In this document: in pieces, positions 26,579-38,620 of the stretch | Layout: each line of letters starts with the position of its first letter | Numbering within the stretch: position 1 is the stretch's first letter | Source: an uncultured Frankineae bacterium | GTDB taxonomy: Bacteria > Actinomycetota > Actinomycetes > Mycobacteriales > SCTD01 | Direction: 5' to 3' | NCBI GenBank assembly: GCA_902805775.1 | Contig: CADCUB010000001.1 | Location: 30,234 to 94,233, forward strand | Length of the DNA: 64,000 nt | The notes under the pieces: model-generated | Seen by the model: only the letters and a program-made list of their open reading frames with translations | Told to the model about the DNA's origin: nothing | Databases searched by the model: none | Made by a program: the position numbers and the translations under genes

Positions 26579-27715
26579 TCAGGTGCTCGGCGACCGCTCG
26601 GCCGACGTCGCCCGATCCTCCGACCGGCTGGGTCCGGAGGTCCTGCGCCGCCGATGATCTCGTGTCGGGACGCGGTCCCCGCCCCGCTCAGCCGCTGCTG
26701 CCCCGCAGCTCTCCCGCACGACCAGCTCGTAGCCGCAGGTGAGCTGCTCCTCGCTCGAGCGCTCACCGGCGACCAGCGCCAGGAGCCGGTCGACGGCTGT
26801 ACGCGCGATCGCCAGCTTGTCCGGGCGCACGGTGGTCAGCGCCGGCGTGTAGTACGCCGCCTCGGCGATGTCGTCCCAGCCGACGACGGCGATGTCGTCG
26901 GGCACCCGCAGCCCGGCGGCGTGGATCGCCCGCATGGCGCTGAGCGCGAGGACGTCGTTGAAGCAGAACATCGCGTCGACCGGCGGGCCGCTGGTCAGCA
27001 GCGCCTCGACCGCGGCGTAGGCGGAGCGGTGCGACCACCTGCCGGTCCTGCCGGTGGTGATCTCGAGCTCCGGCTGCCGCGGCAGCCCGGCGTCGTCCAG
27101 CGCCTGCCGGTGACCGGCGAGGCGACGCACCGCCGGTCCGAGGTTGTCGGTCGCGAGGTCGGCGCCGACGGCCGCCACGCGTCGGCGCCCCAGCCGCAGC
27201 AGGTGGGCCGTCGCCTCCCGGGCCGCGGCGACGTTGTCCATGGAGACGTGCAGAAGGCCGCCGCCGGTCTCGATGCGCTCACCCAGCAGGACCGTGGGGA
27301 TCTCCGGCGCGCGGGCCCGCAGGTCGGCTGCGGTGAGCGCCATCGGGCTCAGGACCAGCCCGTCGATGACGTTGGAGTGGTAGCCCTCGAGCACGAGCTT
27401 CTCGCGCTCGCGGGTGGCGCCGGTCTGCTCGACGAGCAGGGTCACGCCGCGCTCGCTGGCGGCCTGCTCGACGAGGTCGGCCAGCTCGGCGAAGTACGGC
27501 GCGGCGATCTCCGGCACCGCCAGCCCGATGATGCCGGTGCGTCCCTGGCGCAGCGACTGCGCGCTGACGTTCGGCCGGTACCGCAGCTCGTCGATCGCCG
27601 ACTGCACGCGCCGCCGGGTGTCGTCGCTGACGTGCACGTAGCCGCTGACGACGTTCGACACGGTGCGCGGCGACACCCCGGCGCGCGCGGCGACGTCGCG
27701 CATGCTCACCGCCAC
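26579..27715 (-). CDS. LacI-family transcriptional regulator
   Basis: Within ORF 26579..27751. HTH: SMRDVAARAGVSPRTVSNVVSG...VSDDTRRRVQSAIDELRYRPNVSAQSLRQGRTG, followed by a periplasmic-binding-protein-like core. Start uncertain (27715/27709/27703). About 45 aa of Arg/Ser-rich C-terminal tail. Confidence 0.88.
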   Translation of the reverse strand: MAVSMRDVAARAGVSPRTVSNVVSGYVHVSDDTRRRVQSAIDELRYRPNVSAQSLRQGRTGIIGLAVPEIAAPYFAELADLVEQAASERGVTLLVEQTGATREREKLVLEGYHSNVIDGLVLSPMALTAADLRARAPEIPTVLLGERIETGGGLLHVSMDNVAAAREATAHLLRLGRRRVAAVGADLATDNLGPAVRRLAGHRQALDDAGLPRQPELEITTGRTGRWSHRSAYAAVEALLTSGPPVDAMFCFNDVLALSAMRAIHAAGLRVPDDIAVVGWDDIAEAAYYTPALTTVRPDKLAIARTAVDRLLALVAGERSSEEQLTCGYELVVRESCGAAAAERGGDRVPTRDHRRRRTSGPSRSEDRATSAERSPST

Positions 27716-27787
27716 GAGGGACCCCCTGTCGAGACGCTGGTCCGGGCACACTAGCCAGTCCGCTCCGTCCGCGGGCCGGGCTCGTCG

Positions 27788-30472
27788 TCACTGCTCGGCG
27801 ACCTCCAGCAGCGCCCTGGTGAGGGCGGCCGCGGCGGCGTCCTCCGGGCCGGCGGTGCGCAGCCGGAACGTCGTGATGGTCACCGCTCCTCCGCTCCACG
27901 GGACCGTGATCGTCGTGCTGGCCCGGTGCTGCAGCCAGCCGGCGAACACCGCCGAGTGCAGGTGCGCCGGCCGCAAGGGGGCGGGCAGGAAGTCGATGAC
28001 CAGGTCGCCGATGACGCGCTCGTACGCCAGGTCGAGCAGCGGCCCGCCCGGCAGCGCGGCCAACGGACCGCGCCGCCGGATCCAGTCGAAGCGCGGCACC
28101 CAGTCGCCGTCCCCCTCGCGTGGTGACAGCCGGGCCAGCAGCGGCGCGGCGAAGGCCCCGCCGAGTGCCGAGGCGTCCTCCGCGACGACGAGCACCCGGC
28201 CGCCGCGGCGGGCGTGCGCCTGCGCCGGTTCGTCGAAGCAGCGGGTGACGAGCAGCACGTCGTCGCCGGCCGCCGTCAGCGTCGGCACCTCGAGCCCGGT
28301 CAGCCAGCTCGCGAGCACCGCGTCGGCGGTCTGCACCGGGCGCTCCCGCGCGACCACCGGAGGCAGCACGGCGAGCTCGGCGACGTCGCGTCCCTGCAGG
28401 GATCCCCCGATGTGCAGCTCGGCGCGCACCTCGGCCATCGACACCTGCTCGGGCAGGCGCACGGTGACGGTCAGCGTCGACCGGCGGGACAGGTCCACCG
28501 GCAGGCGGACCGGCTCCCGGCCGGGGGCGCCCACCTGCACCTCCCCCGGTCCGGAGCTGCCCGGCTCGGGCACCACGTCCAGGGTGAGCGACATCTCCTG
28601 GCCCGGGAAGCCGGCGTACGCCGCCGGCCGCAGCACGACGCAGGACGGTCCGTTGACCAGCGCCAGCTCGTCGGCGAACGCCCGCGGGCGACGGTCCATG
28701 TCGAACAGGCCGTTGGCCTCCCACTGCACGTCGCTGAGCTGCGTCAGCACGTACCCGGCGATCTCCGGCCGGCGCCGGAGCGACCCGATCTGGTAGCGGG
28801 TGGCCAGCAGCTGCTGGCGCTGGGTGGCCGCGACGAACTGCGACCACGAGCCGAACACCTCGCCGAGGCCGAGCCGGGTGAACCGGGCCACCACGCCGGT
28901 GGCGTGCGCCGCGCCGAACGCCCACTCGAGCCCGGCCTCGGCCCACCACGGGTCGGCGCCGTCGGGGCCGAGGGCGTTGGTCATGTCGGGCAGTCCCCAG
29001 TTGCCGAACTCCGAGACGACCAGCGGCTCCTCCCCCGTGCGCTCGGCGTCGCCGTACGGGCTGAACGTCCACGGCGGCCGGCCGGCGAACTCGTCGACCC
29101 ACTCGTCCCAGGCCGCCCGCCGCTCGGGGATGCCGCGGTAGACGTGGAAGTCGTCGAGGTCGCTGCGCACGTGGAAGTTGGACTCGCACGCCGAGTTGTC
29201 GACGACCAGCGTGTCCGGCGCCAGCTCCTGAGCCCACTGCTGTGTACGGCGCAGCCACGCGCGCTGGTCGGCGTCGCGGACGTCGATGCCCCACGACTCG
29301 TTGACGACGGTCCACGCCACGATGCTCGGGTGGTGGCCGTCGAGCCGCACCATCTGCTCGAGCAGGGACTCCGCGGCCGCGGCGGACCGCGGTGTGAAGC
29401 GCTGCCAGCTCGGCAGCTCGGCCCACACCATCATGCCGATCCGGTCGGCGATCTCGTAGTAGACCGGGTCAGGGCGCTTGATGTGGCAGCGCAGCAGGTT
29501 GAAGCCGAGCCGCTGAGCCGCCGAGAACAGCTCCTCGAGCTCCTGGCCGTCACCGCTGCGCAGGGTGCTGCCCGGGTGGATGTCCTGGTCCAGGACCCCG
29601 CGCAGCTCGACCGGCGCGCCGTTCAGCAGGACCCGGCCGTCCTTTGTCGACACGGTGCGCAGACCGGTCGTCACGGTGACGCCGTCGACGACGGTGTCCC
29701 CGTCGAGCAGGTGGACCAGCACGTCGTAGCGGAACGGTGCAGCCGGCGACCACAGCCGCGGGTCGGGGACGACGGCGGACAGCTCGATCGTCGTGCCCGG
29801 GCCCGGGCCTGCCAGCGGCCCGCCGGCGCGGGCGACCACCCGCCCGTCCCCTTGGGGGGCGTGCTCGCGCACCTCCAGCTCGACGCCGCAGCCGTCCTCG
29901 GCGGGTGCGGACAGGCGGACCTGCGCCGTCACGCGGCCGGTACCCGCTTCGGTCTGCACGGCCACGTCCGCGATGTGCAGGCGGGGACGGTGCTCGAGCG
30001 TGACGGGCTGCCAGATGCCGGCGTTGGTGCCGTACCAGGTCTGCTTGCCGTGCGGGACCTCCTGCAGGCTCACCGCATCAGGGCCCTCGGGCAGCAGCGG
30101 CGGGTAGGAGACGACGACGTCGAGCCGCTGCTCCTCCTGGTCGAGCAGGTCCTGCTCGACGATGACCTCGAACGGGGTCCAGCCACCCTCGTGAGCGCCC
30201 ACGAGCCGGCCGTTGACGTGGACCTGCGCGGCGTGGTTCACCGCCCCGAAGCGCAGGACGAGGGCGCCGTCGAGCGGCCAGGGTTCGGGGACGCGGAAGG
30301 TGCGGGAGTAGCGGACGGTCCCGTGCGCCAGCTCGCAGCCCGGGACCTGCAGGGTCCAGGAGCCCGGGACCGCCACCTCGGCGGTCGGCGGGTGCACGGC
30401 GTCGGGGACGTCGACGAGCTCGAGCTGCCAGCGGCCGTCCAGGGACAGCGGGGGCCGGCGGGTGAAGCGCAC
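27788..30472 (-). CDS. glycoside hydrolase family 2 protein (beta-galactosidase/beta-mannosidase-like)
   Basis: 894 aa. The sugar-binding N-domain (LDGRWQL...VPGSW...LRFGAVNHAAQVHVNGRLVGAHEGGWTPFE) and TIM barrel (FNLLRCHIKRPDP, WTVVNESWG, EFGNWG) fit GH2. No signal peptide. Confidence 0.85.
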   Translation of the reverse strand: MRFTRRPPLSLDGRWQLELVDVPDAVHPPTAEVAVPGSWTLQVPGCELAHGTVRYSRTFRVPEPWPLDGALVLRFGAVNHAAQVHVNGRLVGAHEGGWTPFEVIVEQDLLDQEEQRLDVVVSYPPLLPEGPDAVSLQEVPHGKQTWYGTNAGIWQPVTLEHRPRLHIADVAVQTEAGTGRVTAQVRLSAPAEDGCGVELEVREHAPQGDGRVVARAGGPLAGPGPGTTIELSAVVPDPRLWSPAAPFRYDVLVHLLDGDTVVDGVTVTTGLRTVSTKDGRVLLNGAPVELRGVLDQDIHPGSTLRSGDGQELEELFSAAQRLGFNLLRCHIKRPDPVYYEIADRIGMMVWAELPSWQRFTPRSAAAAESLLEQMVRLDGHHPSIVAWTVVNESWGIDVRDADQRAWLRRTQQWAQELAPDTLVVDNSACESNFHVRSDLDDFHVYRGIPERRAAWDEWVDEFAGRPPWTFSPYGDAERTGEEPLVVSEFGNWGLPDMTNALGPDGADPWWAEAGLEWAFGAAHATGVVARFTRLGLGEVFGSWSQFVAATQRQQLLATRYQIGSLRRRPEIAGYVLTQLSDVQWEANGLFDMDRRPRAFADELALVNGPSCVVLRPAAYAGFPGQEMSLTLDVVPEPGSSGPGEVQVGAPGREPVRLPVDLSRRSTLTVTVRLPEQVSMAEVRAELHIGGSLQGRDVAELAVLPPVVARERPVQTADAVLASWLTGLEVPTLTAAGDDVLLVTRCFDEPAQAHARRGGRVLVVAEDASALGGAFAAPLLARLSPREGDGDWVPRFDWIRRRGPLAALPGGPLLDLAYERVIGDLVIDFLPAPLRPAHLHSAVFAGWLQHRASTTITVPWSGGAVTITTFRLRTAGPEDAAAAALTRALLEVAEQ

Positions 30473-30641
30473 GGAAGGTCTCCTCCAGGGGGTGCAGCGG
30501 GCAGGGCTGAGCGCGCGGGGCGCAGGGCGGACGGCCTGCGGCGGCTCGGGCCGGTCCGCGGAGGTCAGCGGACCGGCCCGGCGGTCCCGCGGGCCGCCGT
30601 CCCGGACCGCCGCGCAAGGCGGCAGTCCGGGGACGGTCGGG

Positions 30642-32036
30642 CTACTGCTGGGCCAGGACCGTGTCGACCTGGCGGTCGGCCTCGCTCAGTGCCTTGTCGA
30701 CCGGGGTGTCCTGGAACCAGATGGAGTCGATCTGCTTGACCAGCGTGTCCTGGACCGCCGGCCAGTTGCTGATGCTCGGGACCAGGTTCGCGTTCGTCGT
30801 GCCGGTCGCGACGTAGTTCGCGCGCTGCGGTGCCTTCTCGTACTCCGGGCTCTCCAGCACCGACGTGCGTGCGGCGAGGTGGCCGGTGTGGATGGCCCAG
30901 TCACCGGAGTGGTCGTAGAGGTAGTTCACGAACTCCAGGGCCGCGCGGTACTTGACCGGGTCGGCCTCCTTCTGGCGCGGCACGACCCAGGTGTGGGAGT
31001 CGGCCCAGATGGCGGGCTCCTCGTACAGCGTCGGGAAGTCGGCGGTCTGGTAGGTGAAGGGTGCCTCCTTGTCGTACTGGTCGACCACCCAGGTGCCGTT
31101 GAAGAGCATCGCGGTGTCGCCCTTCAGGAAGGCCGCCTGCGCCGCGTCGTAGGTCTGCGCGGGGTCGGCGTACGTGCCGAAGACCTGGTCCATGAACTCC
31201 AGCGCGTTGCGCGCCTCCGGCGTGTCGACGGAGGCCTTGGTCCCGTCCTCGTTCAGGACGCTGCCGCCCTGCTGCTCGACCAGGCTGCGCCACATGTGCA
31301 CGCCGAGCCCGTCCTTGACCCGGGCGGTGCCGAAGTAGTTCTTGCCCGTCTTGGCCTTCATCTGCTCGGCCTGGGCGAGGAACTCCTCCGTCGAGGTCGG
31401 CATGACCGGCTTGCCCGCACCGTCGACGAGCCCGGCCTTCTTGAAGAGGTCGACGTTGAGGTGCACCAGTGCGGCGTGCAGGTCGAAGGGCAAGCCGAAG
31501 GTCTTGTCCTGGTAGGTGACCGCGCTGCGGGCGGCGGGAGCGGCATCGTCGATGTCGGTCTTCGTGACCGACAGCGACTCGTCGAGCGGCAGCAGCAGGT
31601 TGCGCTTGGCGTAGTTGGTGATGCTCGACCCGTGCATGACCGCGACGTCCGGCGGGTTGCCGCCCGCATAGGCGGCGTTGAGGGTGTCGTAGTAGGTGTT
31701 CCACTCCGCGCCGCCGAGCCGCTCGACCTTGATGCCGTTCTCGTTGTCGGCGTTGAAGGCGTTGGTGAGGATCTGGATGGTCTCGCACTCGGTGGTCGCC
31801 TTCGCGACGTCGGTGACGCCCTGCGTGGTGTCCTCGCAGTCACCGAAGAAGCGGGCGAAGCGCAGGGTGGTGCCCTCGAGGTCCGCCGCGCTCACGGCAG
31901 CCAGGTCCTCACCGCCACCAGCAGCGCCGCCTCCTCCTCCGCCGCCTCCGCCGCCTCCGCAGGCCGCGAGCAGGCCGAGAGCGGCCACGGGGGCGAGGAC
32001 GCGCACGAGAGCGCCGCGCCGGGGGTTGGTGTGCAT
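30642..32036 (-). CDS. ABC sugar transporter solute-binding lipoprotein
   Basis: ATG 32036 within ORF 30642..32918. Signal peptide plus lipobox (LGLLAAC), then an 11-Gly linker and a family-1 SBP body (KVERLGGAEWNTYYDTLNAAYAGGNPPDVAVMH..., MLFNGTWVVDQY). Confidence 0.88.
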   Translation of the reverse strand: MHTNPRRGALVRVLAPVAALGLLAACGGGGGGGGGGGAAGGGEDLAAVSAADLEGTTLRFARFFGDCEDTTQGVTDVAKATTECETIQILTNAFNADNENGIKVERLGGAEWNTYYDTLNAAYAGGNPPDVAVMHGSSITNYAKRNLLLPLDESLSVTKTDIDDAAPAARSAVTYQDKTFGLPFDLHAALVHLNVDLFKKAGLVDGAGKPVMPTSTEEFLAQAEQMKAKTGKNYFGTARVKDGLGVHMWRSLVEQQGGSVLNEDGTKASVDTPEARNALEFMDQVFGTYADPAQTYDAAQAAFLKGDTAMLFNGTWVVDQYDKEAPFTYQTADFPTLYEEPAIWADSHTWVVPRQKEADPVKYRAALEFVNYLYDHSGDWAIHTGHLAARTSVLESPEYEKAPQRANYVATGTTNANLVPSISNWPAVQDTLVKQIDSIWFQDTPVDKALSEADRQVDTVLAQQ

Positions 32037-32149
32037 GCGAGATCTCCTTGGGTGGGCGGTGCGGGCGAGCGGTGGGCGGACGGGCGGGACGGGCGGGGGA
32101 ACGGGCAGGCGGGCAGCGTGGGCCGGCGGGCAGGGTGGGCCGGCGGCGG

Positions 32150-33049
32150 TCACTTCTCGCCGCTGCCGAGGGTGATCCCGCGGATCAGCTGGCGCTGGAA
32201 CAGCAGGAACAGCACGATCAGCGGCAGGCTGCCGACCAGGCCGCGGGCCATCAGCGAGCCGACCTCGGTGGCGGCGGCGAAGTTCGACTGCAGCGACGCC
32301 AGGCCGGTCGTGACGGTGAACATCTCCCGCTCTGTCGAGATGACCAGCGGCCAGAGGTAGTCGTTCCAGGTCAGCACGAACGTGAAGATGGCCAGCGACG
32401 CCATGGCGGGGCGCGCCAGGGGCAGCATGATCGACCAGAAGGTCCGCCAGCGGCCCGCCCCGTCGATCCGGGCAGCCTCGGCGTACTCGCTCGGCACGCG
32501 GGCGAAGAACTGCGTCATGATGAAGACCCCGAGCGGAAAGGCGATCCGCGGCAGGAACAGTGCCTGGTAGGTGTTCTGCTGACCCGCGTCGGAGAAGGTC
32601 AGGAACAGCGGGATGAACAGCGCCTCCTTCGGCACCATCAGCCCCGCGATGACCACAGCGAACAGCAGCGCTCGGCCGGTGAACTGGATCTTGGCGAACG
32701 CGTAGCCTGCCATGGAGCAGAACAGAACGGTGAGGACCGTGGTCACCGTCGTGACGAGGAAGCTGTTGAAGAACCAGCGCGGCATGTTGCCGACGCGGAA
32801 GACGTCCACGAAGTTGCTCCACGTCAGCCCGGCGGGCACCAGGCCGACCGTCTCGCGCTGCAGCGCGTCGTTGGGTGTCAGCGCCATCGACAGCATCCAC
32901 AGAACGGGGGCCAGCCACACGAACGCCGCCGCGAGCATGACCGCGTGGTACAGCCCTGGCCGCAGCCGGCGGCGCAGCGGCTGTCGCTCCGCCGCCCGGG
33001 CCGGCGCCCGCAGGGCCGCCCCGGGCGGGGTCGCACTGGTGGTCGCCAT
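32150..33049 (-). CDS. carbohydrate ABC transporter permease (MalG-like)
   Basis: ATG 33049 within ORF 32150..34189. EAA loop: PSEYAEAARIDGAGRWRTFWSIMLPLARPA. Six TM segments. ATGA overlap with the upstream permease gene. Confidence 0.88.
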   Translation of the reverse strand: MATTSATPPGAALRAPARAAERQPLRRRLRPGLYHAVMLAAAFVWLAPVLWMLSMALTPNDALQRETVGLVPAGLTWSNFVDVFRVGNMPRWFFNSFLVTTVTTVLTVLFCSMAGYAFAKIQFTGRALLFAVVIAGLMVPKEALFIPLFLTFSDAGQQNTYQALFLPRIAFPLGVFIMTQFFARVPSEYAEAARIDGAGRWRTFWSIMLPLARPAMASLAIFTFVLTWNDYLWPLVISTEREMFTVTTGLASLQSNFAAATEVGSLMARGLVGSLPLIVLFLLFQRQLIRGITLGSGEK

Positions 33050-34173
33050 CAGGCCTCCCGTGAGACGAGCTTGAACTGCACCGCGGACACGACGGCCATG
33101 ACGGTGAACAGGAACAGCGAGACCGCGGCGGCGTAGCCGAGCTGCAGGTCGCGGAAACCGGCTTCGTAGATGTGCTGGATGAGCACCCGCGTCGAGTCGC
33201 CGGGGCCGCCGCGGGTCATGATGTAGACCTGTCCGAAGACCTGGAACGACGCGATGAGCTGGGTGACCGAGACCAACACCGACACCTGGGTCAGGCCGGG
33301 GACGGTGATGTGCCGGAACGTCTGCCAGCGACCGGCGCCGTCCAGCGAGGCGGCCTCGTACAGGCTGGGGTCGATGTCCTGCAGGCCGGCCAGGAACAGC
33401 ACGAGGTTGAAGCCGGCCGACCACCAGACGGTCGTCAGGACGATGCCCCACATGGCGAGGTCGGGGTCGCTCAGCCAGGCGATGGGGTCGACGCCGACGA
33501 CACCGACCACGCGGGCGATGAGCCCGCGGTCCGGATTGAGCAGGTAGCTCCAGATCAGCGTCACCGCGGAGATCGGCAGCACGTACGGCAGGAAGAACGC
33601 CGCCTGGTAGAAGCCGGTCCCCCGGTGGCTGCCGTGCAGGGCCAGCGCCATCGCCAGGCCCATCCCCACGAGGATCGGGGTGGAGATGGCCGTGAACGCG
33701 AGCGTGTGGCGCACCGACGCCCAGAACGCCGGGTCGTTCCACGCTCCGCCCGCGCCGGGGTGGAAGCCCAGGACGAGGACGAGCGCGAGGCCCGCAGCCG
33801 CGACGGCGATCAGGCTGCGCCGGGCGGAGCCGCGCTGCAGGCCGCGCGCGACGACCGCGGCGGTCGCGGCGAGCAGCAGCACCCGGACCAGGGCGAGGTG
33901 CCCGATGGTCCAGGTCATCTCGGTGCCCCAGAGCATCCGGCGGTAGTTGGCCAGGCCGACGAACTGGCGGGTGAAGCCGAGCAGGTCCCAGTCGTACAGG
34001 CTCATCCGCAGGGCCTGCAGCACCGGCCAGACGACGAACGCGGCGTACACGAGCAGGAACGGGGCGAGGAAGCCCAGTCCCGCGGCCAGCGGACGGGACC
34101 GTGGTCGGCGCGGCCGTCCGGCGGTGGCGGGCACGCTGGTGGAGCTCTGGACGGGCAGCGCGGTCGTCGTCAT
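33049..34173 (-). CDS. carbohydrate ABC transporter permease (MalF-like)
   Basis: ATG 34173 within ORF 33049..34263. EAA loop: DPSLYEAASLDGAGRWQTFRHITVPGL. GAGG lies 5 nt upstream of the ATG. Confidence 0.85.
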   Translation of the reverse strand: MTTTALPVQSSTSVPATAGRPRRPRSRPLAAGLGFLAPFLLVYAAFVVWPVLQALRMSLYDWDLLGFTRQFVGLANYRRMLWGTEMTWTIGHLALVRVLLLAATAAVVARGLQRGSARRSLIAVAAAGLALVLVLGFHPGAGGAWNDPAFWASVRHTLAFTAISTPILVGMGLAMALALHGSHRGTGFYQAAFFLPYVLPISAVTLIWSYLLNPDRGLIARVVGVVGVDPIAWLSDPDLAMWGIVLTTVWWSAGFNLVLFLAGLQDIDPSLYEAASLDGAGRWQTFRHITVPGLTQVSVLVSVTQLIASFQVFGQVYIMTRGGPGDSTRVLIQHIYEAGFRDLQLGYAAAVSLFLFTVMAVVSAVQFKLVSREA

Positions 34174-34182
34174 GGGCCTCGT

Positions 34183-34196
34183 TTTCCACGTGGCAA
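34183..34196. promoter_or_regulatory. candidate LacI-family operator 1 (TTTCCACGTGGCAA)
   Basis: 13 of 14 positions match the perfect palindrome TTGCCACGTGGCAA. It lies 10-23 nt upstream of the first permease ATG. Confidence 0.5.
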
Positions 34197-34238
34197 ACCG
34201 GGGAGCCGCATCATCCGTACGTCGGAGGCCGGATGTCA

Positions 34239-34252
34239 ATGCCACGTGGCAA
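34239..34252. promoter_or_regulatory. candidate LacI-family operator 2 (ATGCCACGTGGCAA)
   Basis: 13 of 14 positions match the same palindrome, 56 bp centre-to-centre from operator 1. I saw no other copies in the window. Confidence 0.5.
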
Positions 34253-34360
34253 TCGTGTTGCACCGGTGACCTTGCGGGGGTCGTCGAGCGGACGGTCGGC
34301 GGTCCCGCTCGTACGGCGGGCGGCGGGAGGAGGTCGACCGGACGTCGCTAGGCTGCGGGC

Positions 34361-34867
34361 GTGGCCGGGGACCCTGCGCAGGGCGCCCAGGTCCGGCCGC
34401 TGGCCGTCTTCGACATCGACGGGGTGCTGGCCGACGTGCGCCACCGCCTGCACCACGTCGAGCGCCGGCCCAAGCGCTGGGACGCCTTCTTCGCGGCCGC
34501 GATCGACGACCCGCCGCTGCGCCAGGGCGTCGCTCTGGCGCAGGCCAGCGCACAGGACTGCGACGTCGTCTACGTCACCGGCCGGCCCGAGCGCTGCCGC
34601 GCCGACACGCTGGCGTGGTTCGCCCGGCACGGCCTGCCGGAGGGCGAGCTGCGGATGCGGGACGACCGCGACCGGCGCCCGGCCCGGCTCGCCAAGCCGG
34701 GGCTGCTGCGCCGGCTGGCCGCCGGGCGACCGGTCGCCGTGGTCGTCGACGACGACGCCCAGGTCTGCGCCGCGTACGAGGCGGCCGGCTACCGCGTGCT
34801 GCGGGCCGACTGGATGCCCGCCGGACCGGCGCTCACCTCGGCGCAGGAGGCCGAGGGCCGCACCTGA
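34361..34867 (+). CDS. HAD-superfamily phosphatase-like protein (PNK 3-prime-phosphatase-like)
   Basis: 168 aa with GTG start. Motif I AVFDIDGVLAD, then VVYVTGRPE and VVVDDD. Small, cap-less HAD fold. Confidence 0.7.
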   Translation: MAGDPAQGAQVRPLAVFDIDGVLADVRHRLHHVERRPKRWDAFFAAAIDDPPLRQGVALAQASAQDCDVVYVTGRPERCRADTLAWFARHGLPEGELRMRDDRDRRPARLAKPGLLRRLAAGRPVAVVVDDDAQVCAAYEAAGYRVLRADWMPAGPALTSAQEAEGRT

Positions 34868-35116
34868 GCGGTCCCGGTCCGCCACCCGGCGGGGCGGTGG
34901 GGCCGGTCACGGGTCCCTGTCGATCACGCTGCGCGTCAAGGCAGTCACGGTCGGATCACCCCGGCCGGGAGTCGGCGTGGCGGGGGCTGTCCACAGCCAT
35001 CTGGGGCATGCTGAGCGGTGCACGATCCCCCTTTCGAGCCGTGCACGATCCGCCTCATCTGCGCGACGATGGCAGTGCCGTGAAGACCTCGCGGCCGTTC
35101 CCTCCTGGAGCACCCG

Positions 35117-35326
35117 ATGGGCCAGACCTGCCCCCACACCCCCCCGTGTCCCCGTGCCGAGGCCCCGGACCACGACGCGGCGCGGGTCGTCTCGACCCAC
35201 CCGGAGCAGGGCTGGAACCTGCTCTGCAACGGGGTGGTGACCTTCGAGGACACCGGAGAGCTGCTGCCCGACGGCCGGATCATCGCTCCGCACCGCCCGC
35301 TGTGCCGGGTGCACGGCGCCGCCTGA
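35117..35326 (+). CDS. DUF5999-like small conserved actinobacterial protein
   Basis: 69 aa. C.H.PPCP....PD..AARVV..HPEQGW.LLCNGV..FEDTGELLPDGRIIAPHR matches a small protein I recall as conserved in actinomycetes. GGAG lies 7 nt upstream of the ATG. Confidence 0.7.
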   Translation: MGQTCPHTPPCPRAEAPDHDAARVVSTHPEQGWNLLCNGVVTFEDTGELLPDGRIIAPHRPLCRVHGAA

Positions 35327-35336
35327 GAGCGGGAGC

Positions 35337-38213
<2,877 letters not shown>

Positions 38214-38261
38214 GAGGGCTCCAGGCATGGGCGGGTGGCGTGCCGGGACGGCCACCGGACG

Positions 38262-38482
38262 GCGACCGCTGCCCTCCCCGCTCTGTCCTGGGACCTGAGA
38301 GCTTCGCCCGGCCGTGGCGACCGGGCTTGCACCGTCGGTGGGCCGGCGCCGGCAGCGAAGCCGGTCCGACCGCTTTCCAGAGTCGCCTGACCCGCGCGGT
38401 CCGGGTGCCTGAGAGGTTGGGTGGTGGGGAGGCTTGCTCCTTCGGCGCCCCTCACTGGCGGTGGGGGGACTCTCCCGCGCGG
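38262..38482 (-). promoter_or_regulatory. tandem glycine riboswitch in the gcvP leader
   Basis: Minus strand. Aptamer 1: GGGAGAG...GCGCCGAAGGAGCAAGCC...CTCTCAGGCA..GGAC. Aptamer 2: CTCTGGAAAGCGG...CCCACCGACGGTGCAAGCCCGG...CTCTCAGGTCCCAGGACAGAGCGGGGAGG. All hallmark boxes are in canonical order, ending about 50 nt before the gcvP ATG. Confidence 0.88.
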
Positions 38483-38620
38483 GGTTGTCGGCCCGACCAT
38501 CGTACCGGCCGGTGACCGCCACTGTCATGATCACGCCGGGACGCGCCGGCGAGTCGCGCGTGACCACGACGATCGCGGTCGGCGGCGGTGCGTGGCGGGG
38601 TGAGCCATGAGGACCGGGCC

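Noticed and set aside
30642-34189. Tracked ORFs 30642..32918 and 32150..34189 suggesting very long SBP and permease proteins
   Set aside because: Their N-terminal halves are Arg/Pro-rich translations of the neighbouring gene in the wrong frame. The internal ATGs at 32036 and 33049 give canonical lipoprotein and permease N-termini.
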